DNA of 62,801 nt, counting the filler, from Rhabdomonas costata (taxonomy: Eukaryota), in assembly GCA_019059605.1 (NCBI GenBank). It is 31 parts of 31 records of this genome, joined end to end, with 100 filler letters (N's around TTAATTAATTAA, not from the genome) between each part and the next. Parts side by side here need not be neighbours in the genome. Positions count along the whole stretch, not along the records: positions 60,875 to 62,801 come from JAHMHO010007302.1; 30 more parts are not named here. One strand, 5' to 3'. Position numbers and translations under genes: made by a program. Below the pieces are notes generated by a model. The model worked only from the letters and a program-made list of their open reading frames with translations, searched no databases and was not told the DNA's origin. Below are positions 62,022 through 62,801 of this stretch, piece by piece; position 1 is the first letter of the stretch, and each line of letters starts with the position of its first letter.

Positions 62022-62801
62022 GCTCCCCTGGCGTATACAACACTCAAAAGATACAGCTATCTCGGCGTATTGTACAATTCTTGCGTGAGGACCGGGGACA
62101 CAAACCAGCCGCACTTGAGGCTTTGCTACATTGCTGTCAAGTGCACGTTTGTTTCACTAATGATGATTCCCTGATGTACATTTTTTCTTGCCTCGCGTGC
62201 ACGCTTGAGATGAGAAGAGCAACTACAGAAAAAAAAATACCAGCCGAACTGGGATACCAGTTGATGTGGAGAACAAGGAAATGAAAGAACAATCCAGCTC
62301 CATTAACATGACACACCAGAATGGCTTTGGTTATGTGTGACTTTGGGTTTGATGATAACACAACATAACACACCCCACAGAAACAGAGTTCTGGTGAAAG
62401 GGATCCAACGAAGTGCACGGCAAAAGCGCAACCTTGGCTGGATTCCCGCAGTACGACAAATAATCATCCAAAGTCAAGTCCTGCAAAGAGCACGAACCAG
62501 AGAGAAAAAAACGTCATCGCGTTCAGCGGGATTCGCTGTTGTCATTTTTGCACTGTTCACTCTTATAGACTGAAAGAGCCCAAAGAGACACCCAGAAAAT
62601 AAGAAATTGCCGGATGGAGGTCGTATCAATCCAGGCCCTACGGTACAGCATGGAGAAAAAATAAGTTCACGTTGTGAGGTGATGAACGACCAGTAATTCC
62701 CCACGTCATAGTACCGGGGTATCCATCATGGGATTCCTGGGCTCCATCATCGGAGTCACTATCATGGTTTTGGGAATTCTTCAAGATGGACCCAAAACCC
62801 C

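Noticed and set aside
1-62801. ~2-kb pieces as ciliate-type nanochromosomes with telomeres
   Set aside because: The tract polarity is opposite to telomeres (G/T at 5' starts), the tracts have no fixed unit, genes are truncated mid-exon or mid-intron, and the uniform length reflects size sorting.

Overview
This window is not one locus. It is 31 unrelated contigs of about 1.92-1.98 kb, joined by 30 artificial 100-nt spacers (N44-TTAATTAATTAA-N44), so no synteny can be inferred across spacers. Most contigs come from an intron-rich eukaryote with GC-rich exons, probably a flagellated protist because BBS8 is present. G/T-only contig starts, A/C-only contig ends and three contig-terminal fold-back hairpins point to whole-genome-amplified DNA. 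Spliced fragments could be reconstructed by hand for a P4-ATPase flippase, an mRNA capping guanylyltransferase-like gene, BBS8/TTC8, CCT7, an SLC33A1-like acetyl-CoA transporter, a MEMO1-family protein, an R2R3 Myb, a kinesin, and Kelch, TPR, LRR and PAN/Apple proteins. Also present are two paralogous extracellular proteins, a bacterial-type periplasmic-binding-domain gene with introns, a decayed Merlin/IS1595 transposase and MITE-like elements. The most striking observation is in the flippase. The exon carrying the second half of the catalytic DKTG|TLT motif lies on the opposite strand, between two perfect 49-bp inverted repeats in the flanking introns. It is either a real invertible or loop-out exon or an assembler mis-orientation, and only reads can decide. 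Intron donor sites are also unusually degenerate. All homology calls are from motif recognition by eye; no searches were run.
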